From Mustelus asterias (lineage: Eukaryota), in assembly GCF_964213995.1 (NCBI RefSeq), contig NW_027590144.1, forward strand, positions 1,240,001 through 1,297,000: a stretch of 57,000 bases of DNA. Reading direction: 5' to 3'. Position numbers and translations under genes: made by a program. Below the pieces are notes generated by a model that was given only the letters and a program-made list of their open reading frames with translations, did no database searches and was not told the DNA's origin. Positions within the stretch are counted from its first letter, which is position 1; each line of letters begins with the position of its first letter. Positions 1 to 13,455 of this stretch are shown here, in pieces.

Positions 1-79
1 TCTGTTTTGTGTGGCTGCATCCGCTCGAGATTCCACCCACGTTCTAACACACAGGATTTCCCAGCTACTATCCAAAGAT

Positions 80-583
80 AGCTTTTGGACAGGGGTGAGA
101 TTACTTTTCATCATTGTGACACTTACAAAGCACAATAATATAGAGCAGCGTCAGTGAGTTGCAGGCCCGAGATCGTTACACTGGTGAACTTAATCGCGAT
201 CTTTAGCTAGGCATAGAAACGGTTTTTCGTAAAGTCTGCCTTATATTCATCATTGTTTGTATTCCTCCACAGCATAAACTCGCGCTATGCACCCGGGTGT
301 TGTTGGCTCCAGTGTAATGCACAATCACTTTCAGTAGTTTCATAGTTACACGTCAATGTCACCGCGCCCCCATCTGTCTTTACCTCTGATGATAGAGGCT
401 GAGTGACAAACTCTCCATGAGCCTGATCTGAAAAGTTATATTGGAATTAAAAACATAAAACGGGCTGCGGATTAAAATCTGGTTTAACATATGCGTGGAA
501 AATTAGAGAAAAGGTTAAGTCTGCTTAGTCCGCAATTACCTGTAAGGAATGCGTCCCACGCAATGCATGCTAAGTAGCTGCAT
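80..583 (-). pseudogene. TCR alpha/delta-type V segment pseudogene (V1): leader 540-583, V exon ~119-427, 23-RSS 80-118
   Basis: Manual translation: GEFVTQPLSSEVKTDGGAVTLTCNY...W..QHPGA*...KADFTKNRF..*...LQLTDAALYYCAL*. RSS is CACAATG-23 nt-CCAAAAGCT. The 44-nt leader (MQLLS...) is frameshifted and ends at a GT donor; the V exon has internal stops. Confidence 0.9.
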
Positions 584-630
584 TCTCGTTGTATACTCTG
601 TGAAACGGGGGGGGGGGGGGGGGGGGGGGG

Positions 631-932
631 ATTGGAAATTTAGACACCCCTTTTTAACTCCACCTACAATAAACTGCCCTCTGATTTCAGTTTCTCTGCC
701 TTTTGGCCATTCACACCTTTTATTATTTCAATGGACTGCCATTAGCAGCCTTTTCCCCGGTTTCTGTACCTATGACTTATCTTTCCTTCTCTCACCCTGC
801 AGGATAAATATCTTCCACTTTCTATGTCTTTTAACTTTGACAGAGGGTCATCTGGACTCGAAACGTCGGCTCTTTTCTCTCCTTACAGATGGCGTCAGAC
901 CTGCTGTGATTTTCCAGCATTTTCTCGTTTAG
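631..932 (+). mobile_element. Short Penelope-like element 3'/pLTR remnant with degenerate hammerhead-like motif (~836-872)
   Basis: TTTGACAGAGGGTCATCTGGACTCGAAACGTCGGCT followed by ACAGATGGCGTCAGACCTGCTGTGATTTCCAGCATTTT, recognised as typical of shark PLE-derived repeats. Confidence 0.55.
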
Positions 933-2489
933 TCTCAAGATGCTAAAGCCTCACTTCCTCGTCATGGTGCTGTGAGACGGTGGGTGGTGAGATAGTAGAC
1001 AGGAATTAGAAACATCCTGAGCTGGATTCAGATCACTATCTCTACGGAGTGAATGGTTTCGGATTCAGACCCGGGTGAGGGAATAATTCCTCGTCTGCCG
1101 ATTGTGAAACGGAATTCAGATTGTTCAAATCGCTTTGCCAATTTTCTCTCAATAATTTCGTTAGTCTCACTATCAGGATAGTGGGAAACATGACTCAAGT
1201 ACAAGTTATCTCTCCCCGACCACCACTCCTCCCCCCCCCCTCCCCACCGCGCCCCATCCCTCCCCATGGTTCCTTTTTAAACATTTTCAAGTTTTCTCGG
1301 CGTTTCTGGCAAGGTCACAATTGTTGCTCATCCCAATTGAAGCAGGAAATGATATTGATGTGCCGACTTTTTGAATCGCTGAGTTCCATTTGCACTTCCG
1401 TAATATGGAGAAGGACCATGTGTAACATATACTGACCTTCTGGAAATATGGAGTGAATTGGGTTATAATCTAAGAGACAGAATGAACTTGCAAAAGGATA
1501 GCAGGTTGTTGAGTGACTAGGGAAGGAAGTGGTAAACAGGAACATAATTCAGAAAAATAGAAGGCATTCACATTGCCAGGTAGGATAAAGAAAAACAACG
1601 GTCTATTATGAAACATTATGGCAATTGATTTAGGAACAAATGTTCCTTTGCAGATGACATGGCAGGGTTGGATGGCCAAAGGGAACTCTGTTTCTTATTC
1701 CAATAATGAAGGAGCACAGAAACTGGAATCGATGCAGACAGGTTTTGCGAGGGAGAGAGTATGAGGAAGCTTGGGAACATAAGAAGGCAGTGGTCGGGGG
1801 AGAGACCGGTGTGTCAGAGGGGCTGGCGGGAAAAAGAGAGAAACAGGTGTAAAGGGGAAAAAGAAACGAATCATATCGAAGCAGCGTTGCAGGAAGTAAG
1901 AAAACGTAAATACCTCAACAAAGCCTAAATACCCAAAGTAGCATTGGGTATGGAAAGGGTTGAGCCTGAGTTCTACCTTAAATTCAGTGCGGGGGCAGTA
2001 AATTTACATAGGTTCAGTGGCGTAAAAGGTAAAATTGGGGCTCAGATAGGAGACAACTCGTTACGCAGATAGTGGTCATCACTTGCAATGGAATCTGGTC
2101 GAAGTGACACATTCGAAAAGCAACAAAATGGACAGTTACCCTTAAGAAAATAATAGAAACTCTTGGGAATTCCAGAATTGGTGAGTTAAGATTAACAAAT
2201 GACCCTCCTCATTCTCATGTAGTTTAGTGACTGATCTGTTGCAGTGATCACGCCAACATATTGGGTATTACTGTACATACTGAGTTCTCAAATTAATCTG
2301 GAAAATTGTGCGAGTTATTGCTGCACAGATGTAGTGTAAATGATTTGTGAGCGCAATAAATTTGATTGGAAAGCCTGCATTTATTTTATATTTTGTACCG
2401 TTGCTCATTGAAAGATCAGGATTCCATTGCCACCGCTGCAACAGCCGATCCATTCCCCCCTGCAGGGACTTTGTCTGCAACCCAGCCGG

Positions 2490-2801
2490 GAATGAATCAC
2501 AGAAACCATACAGTGCAGGAGACCATTCGGCCCATCGAGTCTGCACCGCCAACAATCCCATTTGGGCCTTATTCCACGACCTCACACATCCCTTTAGCCT
2601 ACACAGCCAAGGCAATAAAGAACAATTTAGCATGGCCAATTAACCTAACCCGCGCATCTTTCGACTGTGGGAGGAAACCGGAGCACTTGGAGGAAACCCG
2701 CTCCGACACGGGGAGAATGTGCAATCGCCACACAGACAGTGACCCAAGGCGTGAATCGAACCGAGGCAGCTCCCAGGCAGCAGTGCTAACCACTGCGCCA
2801 C
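2490..2801 (-). mobile_element. HE1/V-SINE-type tRNA-derived SINE
   Basis: Reverse strand starts GTGGCGCAGTGGTTAGCACTGCTGCC (A box), carries the V-domain core GCTCCGGTTTCCTCCCACAGTC and a CR1-like 3' tail. Confidence 0.85.
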
Positions 2802-3087
2802 TCTGGATGCTTGGATTCACCCCTGATAGGTCTCACAAGACCGAGGTTTGTTGAGAGTGGGAATGAGAAGGTATGATTTCAAACAAGATTCTGTGCTATG
2901 CCTCTGTCCCATTGGTTCGTGAGTTTGTTTTCTCAGCCGCTCCTAGTTACGGTTGAGTGACAGTTTGGCCCGAGGTTAATCTGGTTTCCACTCGCTGTGT
3001 TTGAGCGTCCGACGACGGCACTGCCCATTGCGAATGAATCTTCCCCCGATTCTAAACAACCCGCAGCAGGCAAGACCTGCCGCTTAT

Positions 3088-3592
3088 GGTTTCTGGACGG
3101 CAATAAGACTGTATTCTAATACTGTGAGACTGAAAGCGCATTCATAGCCGCCAGCGTCAGTCAGCTGCAGACACGAGATGATTAAGCTGATGAATTTAGT
3201 CCCGGTCTGGAGTTCAGCAGACAAACGGATTTTAGCAAAATCTGCTTTATATTTAGAGCCCCCAGAGCTTTACCACACGATGAACGCAGGCTGAAACTCT
3301 GGGCGCCAACAGTGCCAACATAATCTGTAGCTCCTCTTTGTGGTGTCATCGGTACAGGTCATTGCCACCTCTTCTCCTTCTGTCTTAGCACCAAAGGAGA
3401 GAAGCTGGGTGACAGAATCCGCATTAATTAGATCCGGAAAAAAGGCAATCACAGAGAAACAGATCAAGCTTCCATTGCCATTGGTAAGGTTTGAACCATG
3501 CTTGATAAATCAGAGAAAAGATTAAATGCATTTAATCATCAATTAACTGTCATAAATTCTGCCCACACAACCCAGATGCTGAGCAGCTGCAT
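3088..3592 (-). pseudogene. TCR V segment pseudogene (V2): leader 3547-3592, V exon ~3127-3433, 23-RSS 3088-3126
   Basis: Leader MQLLSIWVVWAEFMT (46 nt, donor mutated to TT). Exon DSVTQ...EGEEVAMTC...W*...KADFAKIRLS...LQLTDAGGYECAFS with the acceptor mutated. RSS is CACAGTA-23-CCAGAAACC. Confidence 0.88.
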
Positions 3593-3929
3593 TGCCGCTA
3601 TCCGCAATGTGAAATGGGGGTGAGGTAATCTGTTGGAAACTCAGGTATCTACATCTCACTTTCTGCATCGCTGGGGCGCTGTGAGGCCTGTGGGTGGTGA
3701 GCCAGCTATCAGTAAATTGAAGCAGCCCGTGCTGAGTGACAGACATTACCCATCCTGTGTTCATGACTTCGGAATGAAAGAACAGCGTAAATATGAAGCA
3801 CTGTCTGGTTATATTGTGCCCATAGCTCGAGCTTTTGTTTTTGTTCCAGGGTATTCTGTACTCTTAAATGCCCTTAGTTTCATTTTTAGGGAACGGTGAC
3901 TCCCCCTCAAAGTTTAAATGTCGTTCACA

Positions 3930-5460
3930 CTTACAAAGGATTTCATCACCTCAGATGATGCTAGAATGTGTTGCTTCATCCCTAATTGATCTTAAGGAGG
4001 AATGAGTGAGCTGCCATTCTATACAGCTGCACTCTTGTTCGGGAACTTGGAGATGGTGTGGTTCTCCTGCCGCGTTGTGCTTCTTTTTCTGGGTGGTAGG
4101 TTTGTAAGGTGCTGTCTAAGTGCTCTTGGCGATTTCCTGCATTTCACCTTGTAGAATGGTGCTATCTTCGTGTGCTTTTAGTGGAAGGCGTGAATGTTAG
4201 GTGGTCGGCGGGGTAGCAGTCAAGTAGCTGTGGCTGATGTCGAGCATTTGGAGATTGCTGGAGATCCACTCATCTAAGTAGACAGAAAATATGCCTTCAC
4301 ATTCTTGACTGTGCCTTGTAGTTAGCAGTCAGACTTTGGGGAGTCAGGGAAATTCTCCATGTCTGACCTGCTCTTGCAGCCAGTGTTTTAAAGATCGATC
4401 AATGGGAAGCGCCAGGGTGTAGATAGTGGGGGATTCAGCGATGGAAAGGCAGTTGACGTGAAATCGTAGAATGTTAAAAACCCTGTTGTCGGAAATGATG
4501 ACTGATTGACACTTTTTGTGGCACGAATGATGTTTGCCACATATCGACCATTGCAATCCCTCCATGCCAAAATCGACTATTTAAGTTTCTCAGAGGTTCG
4601 GAATGCTTCAGAGCATTGTGGAATTGTTTGTAACGTTGCCTAATCTTTTGATGGAAGGAAGGTCATCGGTGAAGCAGATGAATATATTTGGATCACGAAC
4701 GCTGCCTTGAGGGACTCTTGTTATATAATTGTGCGACAGAGAGGGTCTGTTTATCTCCATCTTCATCTGAACTGGGTATAGGTTCCACTAATGCAGAATC
4801 TTCCCCATGATTTTCATTGACTTCAATTTTCATTCTTAGAATCGTAGAATCCCTCCAGTGCAGAAGGAGGCTATTCGGCCATTAAGTCTGCACCGACATC
4901 AATCCCACTCAGGCCCTATTCCCGTCACCACACGTGTTTACCCTGCTGGTCCCCCTGACACTAAGAGGCAATTTAGCATGGCAATCAACCGAACCGGCAC
5001 GTATTTGAACTTTGAGAGGATATCAGCACCCGGAGGAAACCCACACAGCTTCAGGGAGAACGTGCAAACTCGTCACAGACAGTCACCCAAGGCTGGAATT
5101 TAACCTTGATCCCAGGTGCTGTGAGGCAGCAGCGCCAACCACTCTGTCACTATGCCACCCTTAATGCCACACGATCAACTGCTGCCTTTAAGTTAGTGAA
5201 ATCGCTCTCCCCTCTCCTCTGGATTTCAATTCGTTTGCTTCTATATGGACCAAGGTTACAATGAGATCGAAAGCCGAGTGCCTCCGATGGAACCCAAACA
5301 GAGCATCAGTGAGCAGGTTGTGGCAAAGTAAGTGCCACCTGATCGTATTGTCGACGACACCTTCCATTACTTTGCTGATGACCGAGGAAACTGGTGAGAC
5401 AATTGCTCACAATGTTGAATTTCCTGTTTTCTTTTGCGGGCAGGACGTATCCTGAAATTT
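3930..5460 (-). mobile_element. Old degraded non-LTR retrotransposon fragment (CR1/L2 group), interrupted by a SINE
   Basis: Diverged RT-like antisense patches, e.g. GGAAGGAAGGTCATCGGTGAAGCAG...GCTGCCTTGAGGGACTC (GVPQGS-like on the reverse strand); no ORF. Confidence 0.55.
4835..5160 (-). mobile_element. HE1/V-SINE-type SINE
   Basis: Same tRNA-like head, core and (ATTCT)n-type tail as the copy at 2490-2801. Confidence 0.85.
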
Positions 5461-6505
5461 CATTTTTTTTTCATTAGTAACCGTGCATTATTTAAAGAAT
5501 GGGAGTAGTATTCGACAATTTTACCTTTCCAGACTGCTCCTCCACGCCGACCTTCTACCTGAACTGTACCTTCTCACCCTATCCCCAAATTCCTTAAATC
5601 TCTTTGCAAACAATCATTTAACCACGTCTGTGCTAAACATATTCAAATGAGCGGCTATAAAGAACTCTCGTGGAGATAGAAGATTCCCATCATTCATAAT
5701 GAAGAATTCCCATTCCTTTCATCCCATGATAATCAAATTTAGAGACTGTGAGCACAGAATTTCACAGGCAGGGGAGAACATCTGTCAGAAACTGCCCTGT
5801 GAAGCTCTTTATTAATTTCGTGTTTCAACTAGATCATCTCCTCTTCTCCTGATCGGTATGGAATAAAGGCCGAGATTCAGACTTACATGGACACTTACAG
5901 CACAGAAGGAGGCCATTCAGCTCGACATTTATACCCAGTCTGCCCAGTCACGAGATGGTCTCCTGCCAAGTAATAGTTTTCCGTCTTTCCCATGCTGCTG
6001 CCCAGGTGGACAACGATGGATTCTTAGATTCATAGACATTTACAACAAAGAAGGAGGCAAATTGGATTCTGACCATGCTGATCAACAAAGATCTGATTAC
6101 GCTAATACAATCTTCTATCGCTTGGGTCATTGCGCTGGAGGGTTATGTGAGTTCCAGACTCCCATCATCCTCTCTGTGGAAAAGCTTCTCCTTGAATCCG
6201 TTCTACCACTTGGACTAAACATATGCCTCAGGTTACTGACCTCTCTACTAATGGGAAAAAATGCGTTCCTATCCTCCGTATCAATATCCTTCATGATGTC
6301 ATATACCTATGTTAGGTCCCCTCTCAAATTTCGCTGCTCCAAGGAAAACCCCCCAAGCCCATTCAATCTTTCCTCATAGCTCAGAACCTCCAGCTCAAGC
6401 TGCATTCTGGCAAATCGCCTCTTCACCCTCTCAATGGATTCACGTGGTGTAGTGTAATATATGCACATACTAGTTTATTGCAGATGCAACTGTGACAACA
6501 TCTGC

Positions 6506-6595
6506 TGTAATATAAATACAGTCACTGTCCTGTGTAATAATGTCTGACTCTATAATATAAATACAGTCACTATCCTGTGTAATAATATCCGACTA
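6506..6595. repeat. Tandem duplication of a 45-bp unit (2 copies)
   Basis: CT(G/A)TAATATAAATACAGTCACT(G/A)TCCTGTGTAATAAT(G/A)TC(T/C)GACT present twice. Confidence 0.85.
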
Positions 6596-7031
6596 TTTAA
6601 TCAAGTCTATATATTATGACGGTATCGTATTCTCGAGCTGGTGTCCCTCTTTGCACAGCAAAGTAGCTAAGCAGAAAGAACTAGTTTTGGGAAAAAGGCT
6701 GGAGTTTATTTGTTTATGTGGATAACGAATAGCGAATTCTGCCCTCCCACAGTGAATGCACTCACCGTACAGTGTCAGGATTCAATGTGAATTGCTTTAA
6801 ATAGCGTCTCTAATGTGGAAATCACGATCGCAGGGAGAGTTGGGGTAATTATTATAAATGTAATTAAGGGGAAACTAAACGAAAAGATGACAGGCAAAGG
6901 AATGGGAGGAAGTTTTCCGTTCGATTGCGTTCCATGTCTGCGCTCACGGGAATGTATTCACGTGTCAGTGTCAGGCCCGCTGTTGTAAACTGTTCCCAAC
7001 AGACAACAGCTGTGACCCAGAAACCTGCGGC

Positions 7032-9177
7032 AGTTTTTGTACGAGGATTTCACTCGTTCCCATCAGTGTGAGTCTGAGTGCACAGTAATGGACCGCGGTG
7101 TCAGACAGCAGTAGCTCCGAGATGGTCAATAGGTACAACTTAAGACCATAAGACCATAAGACATAGGAGCGGAAGTAAGGCCATTCGGCCCATCGAGTCC
7201 ACTCCACCATTCAATCATGGTTGATTTCAACTCCATTTACCCGCTCTCTCCCCATAGCCCTTAATTCCTCGAGAAATCAAGAATTTATCAATTTCTGTCT
7301 TGAAGACGCTCAACGTCTCGGCCTCCACAGCCCTCTGTGGCAATGAATTCCACAGACCCACCACTCTCTGGCTGAAGAAATTTCTCCTCATCTCTGTTCT
7401 AAAGTGACTCCCTTTTATTCTAAGGCTGTGCCCCCGCGTCCTAGTCTCCCCTGTTAATGGAAACAACTTCCCTACGTCCATCCTATCTAAGCCGTTCATT
7501 ATCTTGTAAGTTTCTATCAGATCTCCCCTCAACCTCCTAAACTCCAATGAATATAATCCCACGATCCTCAGACGTTCATCGTATGTCAGGCCTACCATTC
7601 CTGGGATCATCCGTGTGAATCTCCGCTGGACCCGCTCCAGTGCCAGTATGTCCTTCCTGAGGTGTGGGGCCCAAAATTGCTCACAGTACTCCAAATGGGG
7701 CCTAACCAGTGCTTTATAAAGCCTCAGAAGTACATCCCTGCTTTTGTATTCCAAGCCTCTTGAGATAAATGACAACATTACATTTGCCTTCTTAATTACG
7801 GACTCAACCTGCAAGTTTACCTTTAGAGAATCCTGGACTAGGACTCCCAAGTCCCTTTGCACTTTAGCATTATGAATTTTGTCACCGTTTAGAAAATAGT
7901 CCATGCCTCTATTCTTTTTTCCAAAGTGTACGACCTCGCACTTGCCCACGTTGAATTTCATCAGCCACTTCTTGGACCACTCTCCTAAACTGTCTAAATC
8001 TTTCTGCAGCCTCCCCACCTCCTCAATACTACCTGCCCCTCCACCTATCTTTGTATCATCGGCAAACTTGGCCAGAATGCTCCCAGTCCCGTCATCTAGA
8101 TCGTTAATATATAAAGAGAACAGCTGTGGCCCCAACACTGAACCCTGCGGGACACCACTTGTCACCGGTTGCCATTCTGAGAAAGAACCTTTTATCCCAA
8201 CTCTCTGCCTTCTGTCTGACAGCCAATCGTCAATCCATGTTAGTACTTGTCTGACTGCTGAACTTTATCAGAAAACCGGTTCTGAGCGAAATCCGCCTTC
8301 GAATCAAACCGGCCGTTAGTGTATCTCTGGACTGCAAACTCGGGCTGTCTGCCTTGATACTGACGGTACCAGAACAAATAAAAATCATTGCCGGTATAGG
8401 TGCAGGTTAAAGTGACATCGTCTCCCTCTGTCCGTGTGAGTGAGGATTCCCGCTGTGTAACAGAATCTCCATCGCTCAGATCTGGAACGGGTGAAAAATG
8501 GTGGTCAGCTTTTTATTAAATTAGATAGAATGAGAGCCGAGAATAAATCTTCGTTGGGCTCGTTAGTACTCCAGAGAACATCCTGAAATCCTCTTCATCT
8601 CATCCACAGAAGATTTCCTCCCACTCCTTTGCCCATAACCTTTATATTTATTGCCCCCTTAATTGCATTGATGATAATCACCCCAACCCTTCCTGTCATC
8701 GTTAATTCCACATTAGAGTCACTTCTCTCGGTTGGACAGTTTTCCTGAAATCTCTCGAGCTCATCGATCAATTTTATATTCCTCATTTTAAAATCATCCA
8801 TATTGGGCGAATATTCTTCGCATGATTAATTTCTGAAACATCTTCAGCATTTTAAAAACCTCCACTCGGCTGACGCATTGCTTTCTTTCCTCGAGATAAG
8901 AACCCCGACATATGCAATAATTTCTGATAGTTACTTTTTTTAACCTAAAATCTGATTTCATCCTGACAAATCGCATTTTCTGTTTTCACCTTTGTATATA
9001 TAATAGGTTTACTAATATTCATAGTGAGAACTAACCAGTATTAGACTCAGGCTTAAAGTGAGCTCTTTGCTTTTCAAATGTATTCCTCGAAAAATAATTC
9101 TGCTGTTTTTTTTACGTTTAGATCTTCTTACCCACAATGAATGGTATCCAGACCAAAGCGAGAACGGGGAGCCGCAT
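7032..9177 (-). pseudogene. TCR V segment (V3) disrupted by a CR1 insertion: leader 9132-9177, V exon 8245-8481 + 7071-7141, 23-RSS 7032-7070
   Basis: Leader MRLPVLALVWIPFIV with GT donor. Exon DLSDGDSVTQRESSLTRTEGDDVTLTCTY...WYRQ...NRFSDKVQQSDK|LYLLTISELLLSDTAVHYCALR is stop-free once the insert is removed. RSS is CACACTG-23-ACAAAAACT. Paralogue of V7. Confidence 0.92.
7142..8244 (-). mobile_element. 5'-truncated CR1-clade LINE (young) with open RT C-terminal ORF 7227-8165
   Basis: 312-aa ORF with GVPQGSVLGP and FADDTK RT motifs; 3' end of tandem 8-mer (CTTATGGT)n; ACTT at both junctions. Confidence 0.95.
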
Positions 9178-9589
9178 TGCTGCCGCTCCAGAATTCCGGG
9201 GAGTTTTTATCTCAGAGAAAGCTGCAGAATATCCAATACATAAGAGTAGATGTCACCGCCTACAGGACAACACATCCTCAGAGCGTGGACTCGTTTGATG
9301 TCACTTTCTGCAGAAATTCAATGCAAAGGGAGCTTGACTGATGTCACTTCCTGCAGTAAATCATATAGAACAGCGGGCAATGGCGCTGACTGCTCTGATG
9401 CTCCTTAACAAGTGCATGCTTATTTTCAGGAAAGATTAAGGTTAACACCCCAGCCCACTGAGCAGAGAGCAAGATATATACATATGGACAGTTGGATCTT
9501 CAATAGATCCGAAAGGCAAACTAAACTCTTCTTCGTCGGAAGAGGTTGATTTCAAATTAAGATGAGACGCAGTTTAATGTCCAATTGGT

Positions 9590-9915
9590 ATATCCTTAAG
9601 AGGTTTATCTTAAGAGTTTTGGCACGGTAGATGCTGAGAGGTACTTCCCCTTGTAGGAGAAGATGCCCATCGAAGACCGATATGAGGAGGAATTTCTTCT
9701 GAGAGGACAGGGAGTTTGTGGAATGATTTGCGCAAAATGTTGTGGAGGTTGGGTCTTTAAATATGTTCAGGGCTGAGATAGGCCGATTTTAACCAGTAAG
9801 GGAATCAAGTGTCATGGGGATAAGGCGGGAAAATGGAGTTGAGGATTATCACATCAGTTCAGTCCTGATCTTATTGAATGACAGTGCAGACTCGATGGAC
9901 CGAAAGACTCTTATA
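9590..9915 (+). mobile_element. CR1 3' fragment (degraded)
   Basis: Similar to the 3' end of the CR1 at 7142-8244 (ATGAGGAGGAATTTCTT...GACTCGATGGACCGAA). Confidence 0.7.
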
Positions 9916-10094
9916 TTATGGCAGTGACCGCAGTTCGAAAGAACTTTGTTGTGTGTAAACGCTTAGAACTTACTGAAATACTATAAATATGTGTAATTAG
10001 CTATTTCAATCTTTCACTCAAGGCATGTAATTCTTGCAACTGCATTTGGATGTATTAATTAAGCATTTACAAGCAAACAATGTACGTTTATTTC

Positions 10095-10830
10095 AAGAAC
10101 AAAAGAGAACAAAGAAAATTGCAGCATAGGACCAGACCCTTCGGCTCTCCAAACCTGTGCCGATCATGATGCCCTAACTAAAAGAAACCTTTTGCCCTTA
10201 CTCGGTCCGTATCCCTCTATTTGCTCCATATTCATGTACCCATCCAGATGCCTCTTGAATGTTGCTAATGTGTATGCTTCCACCACATGCTCTGGCAGCG
10301 CGTTTCAGCCACCCACCACTCGGTGCGTAAAAAACTTCCTTCGCACATCTTCCTTAAACTTTCCCTATCTCACCTTGAACGTATGCCCCTTTGCAATTGA
10401 CCCTTCCACTCTGGGAAAAGGAATCTCTGACTATCCAACCTGTCTACGCCTCTCATAAGTTTGTAGACCCCTATCAGGTCTCCCCACAACCTCCGTCTTT
10501 CCAGTGAAAACAATCCTAGTTAATTAAACCTCTCCTCGTAGCCAACTCCCCCCCGAGTAGGCAATATCCTGATGAACCTTCTTAGCACTCTCTACAAAGC
10601 TTCCACGTCCTTCTCGTAGTATAGGGATCAGAACTGCACGCAATACTCGAAATGTCACCGAGCCAAAGTTTTATATAACTGCGACATGATTTTCCAACTC
10701 CTGTACTCCATGCTCGGGCTGATGAAGGCAAGCACGCCACATGCCTGATTAATCACCTTGGCCACCTGTGTTACCCGTTTTAAGGAACTGTGAACCTGCA
10801 TGCCCAGATTCCTCTGTATGCTACTTTTCC
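10095..10830 (-). mobile_element. CR1 3' fragment
   Basis: Reverse-strand ORF remnant MEYRSWKIMSQLYKTLAR and a CR1-type tail (GAACAAAAGAGAACAAAG on +). Confidence 0.8.
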
Positions 10831-11760
10831 TGACAAATGTTCCAACAAATAATTTAGAGGCTGATAGAAAATAAAGGGAGCAACTAACCACCTCCCCGCG
10901 TTTTCACATCGTTTTCTAAATATACGCTATTTTTTTTTTATTTTTGGATCATTTTACTGGCATTCAGGCATTTTAAGCAAGGCAAACATCAGTTAACAAT
11001 GGGTGGATGGACGGATTGATAAGCTGACAACTTCAGATACAGAATGGGGTGCTTTGATAGATTGACGGGATGAGTTAGGCAGCAAAACACATAGACACAT
11101 TGGGATCGATATACAAAGAGAATTAGTGCAACAACAGATCGATAAATGCAAGTGTATATATAGTGGAATAGACAGACACTACTGTGAAAATAACTAAATC
11201 CACCAACGTGAATGCTGGAAGATTCCATAAGACAAAAGCATCACTCTCCAAATTAGTCAAAATATGTCCACAGAGGTCACAAGCTTTTCGTCTTGTGCCT
11301 CCTCTCCGTTGAAACATTCGGGCTGAAGGAGCAGAACTTAATGGATTTATTCCAACACATGGAATCCCCCTTACCTTTTTCAGTACATCAACACTGCACA
11401 CTCAATGAGTTGCTTATCAACATTCACGAAGTCTCGGTCATCTATCCCTCCCCGGCACCCAATGAAACAAATTTATTATGCTGTCCTCCCTTGTCCCTGA
11501 CAAATATGGATCTCAATACGCGAAGATGGCACCTGTGTGCCTGTTTCCAACATACGGTCATGCTGTCCACAGGAGGGCGCTCTCCGATTAGTAATGAGAG
11601 ACCACGATCCCCTTTTCAAGAAAGACAGTGTTTGAAGACATGACAATGGGTGGGGAGAAGAAATCGCATTCGACTCAAAACCCTGCCCCAGCTGATAAAA
11701 AATTCCAATTGCAGGTCTAGTAAAGACACTGTCTCTGTTTCCGGATTTCAGAGTGGCACC

Positions 11761-12560
11761 ATGGAGGTGAAAGTCTGCCTGCCTCTGTCCTAATCACAGG
11801 TCGGTCAATTTGAACCTCTGCTCTGCATTCGAGAATTCTTGTTTCTTCATCAGTGTCGAATTTGAATTCAATAAAAAAAACATCTGGAATCAAGAATCTG
11901 CTGAAAAACCATGAAACCATTGCGAATTGTCAGAAAAAAAAATCTGGTTCACTAATGCCCGTTGGGCAAGGAAACCTGCCACCTTTACCTGGTCTGGCCT
12001 ACAAGTGACTCCAGAACCAAAGCAAAATGGTTGACTCTCAACTGGACTCTGAAATGGCCGAGCAAACCATTCAATTCAAGGGCAACTAGGGATGGGCAAT
12101 AAATGCTGGCGAGTCAGCGACGCCCAGGTCCCACGAATGAATGAATGAAAAAATATACAATTTTGGGTACTCATCCCCCTCATGTTACTCCTTCTAACCT
12201 GTTGTTTAATGCTGTTCATTTTTTAGAGATGAGTAACGGAGACTCAATGTCGCAGTCAAAAATAGGAGTTCAAGCAGCAGAGGCTGAAAATGCATCAATA
12301 TCCTGCAGTTAATCTGTACCGAGTTCAGCTAGAGCTTATGGCCTGTATCCACACGGAACTCCCCAGTATCTGCTCAGAGCCGATTGTTATGTGTATAAGA
12401 AGGCAGCTCCCGGCTTTGAACACCTCAGGGGGAACCTAAACCGGAAATTAAGCATTTTTCACTTGTCCGTGAGAAAGGTGGAGATGACAGATAGCGCCGT
12501 GTATTCCTGAGCCCCGAGACCCACAGTGGATGAGGCTCCCGCGGGCCGCATACAAAAACT
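11761..12560 (+). pseudogene. TCR V segment pseudogene (V4): putative leader 11761-11799, V exon 12227-12521, 23-RSS 12522-12560
   Basis: Exon MSNGDSMSQ...ENASISCS*...TPQYLLR...HLSVRKVEMTDSAVYS*APR has stops and has lost the conserved W region. The RSS is near-perfect: CACAGTG-23-ACAAAAACT. Confidence 0.85.
11850..12152 (+). mobile_element. SINE (second shark family) with (GAAT)n tail in the V4 intron
   Basis: GGAAACCTGCC...GGGCAATAAATGCTGGC...GAATGAATGAATGAAAAAA; recognised repeat tail. Confidence 0.7.
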
Positions 12561-13455
12561 GGGCGCCGATTGGTCATGAAGGGTTTGGGATCAGGACAAC
12601 AAATGGAGTTGAATCTCATTAAACACGGACAGATAATGATGGCATCAATGCAGTCCCATCTGAAGGGCTATCTTTCACCGAACTCAATGATTGTTACTAT
12701 TGGAAAAGTTGATATTTAGCGATAATATTACTCAAGGGTGGAATCCAATCATTTCCCGATCCCATTCGCACACACTCGCAGATCGCCTGGATGAATAACT
12801 TCGTCAATCTGTACTTGTAAAATTTCTGGATCAGCTGACAATCTATCAGGAGACACATTTTGAAAGTGGTCTAATTTCACAGTTGTCGCATTTCCAGGGG
12901 TAGAAATAATGTTTAAGTGGAATCAATACTTTACCAGTACCCAGCCCCAGTGGAATTGCGACTCTTTGTGCAGTATGGTGACTTAATCTCCCCAGTACTT
13001 TTGAAATGTTTAAACTATTGATTACGTTCATGCACTAAATATCCCTGTGAATTGAGTCATATAGTCATAGAATCTAAGAGGTATGTAGCGCAGAAAATGC
13101 CCGAAGGTACATCGAGACTTACTTTAATATATTTATTTCACCTTCAACCTTCATTCAGGAGAAAGTGATGGAGATTGAGTCCAGTGGAAAGGGATTTAAA
13201 CCGAGTAAGTGACGAAATGACTGACAATGTGAGACAGAGCCAGAGACTTGAAAGACTTACGCACAGCCAGGGATGGAATGTGATTGGAGAGTCAGCCATT
13301 ATACCGCAACTAACCGTGATTTCCCTCAGCTGACTTCAGAGTTAAGAGACCAGCCAATAGCTTCTGTAGGAAGTCCGTAGTGTCGCGACAAAAGCTGGGG
13401 GTTCTTTGTACAATGGGTTTCAGGATGCCCTCGACATAGCCGGAGAGGTTCTCGC

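Noticed and set aside
607-630. G24 run and other G/C tracts (1228-1265, 19365-19460, 20740-20770, 43310-43400) as G-quadruplex or switch-like elements
   Set aside because: Simple low-complexity tracts common in this type of genome, with no organised repeat unit; homopolymer lengths are unreliable
6506-6595. Short direct repeats as a CRISPR-like array
   Set aside because: Two adjacent copies without spacers in eukaryotic DNA; an ordinary tandem duplication
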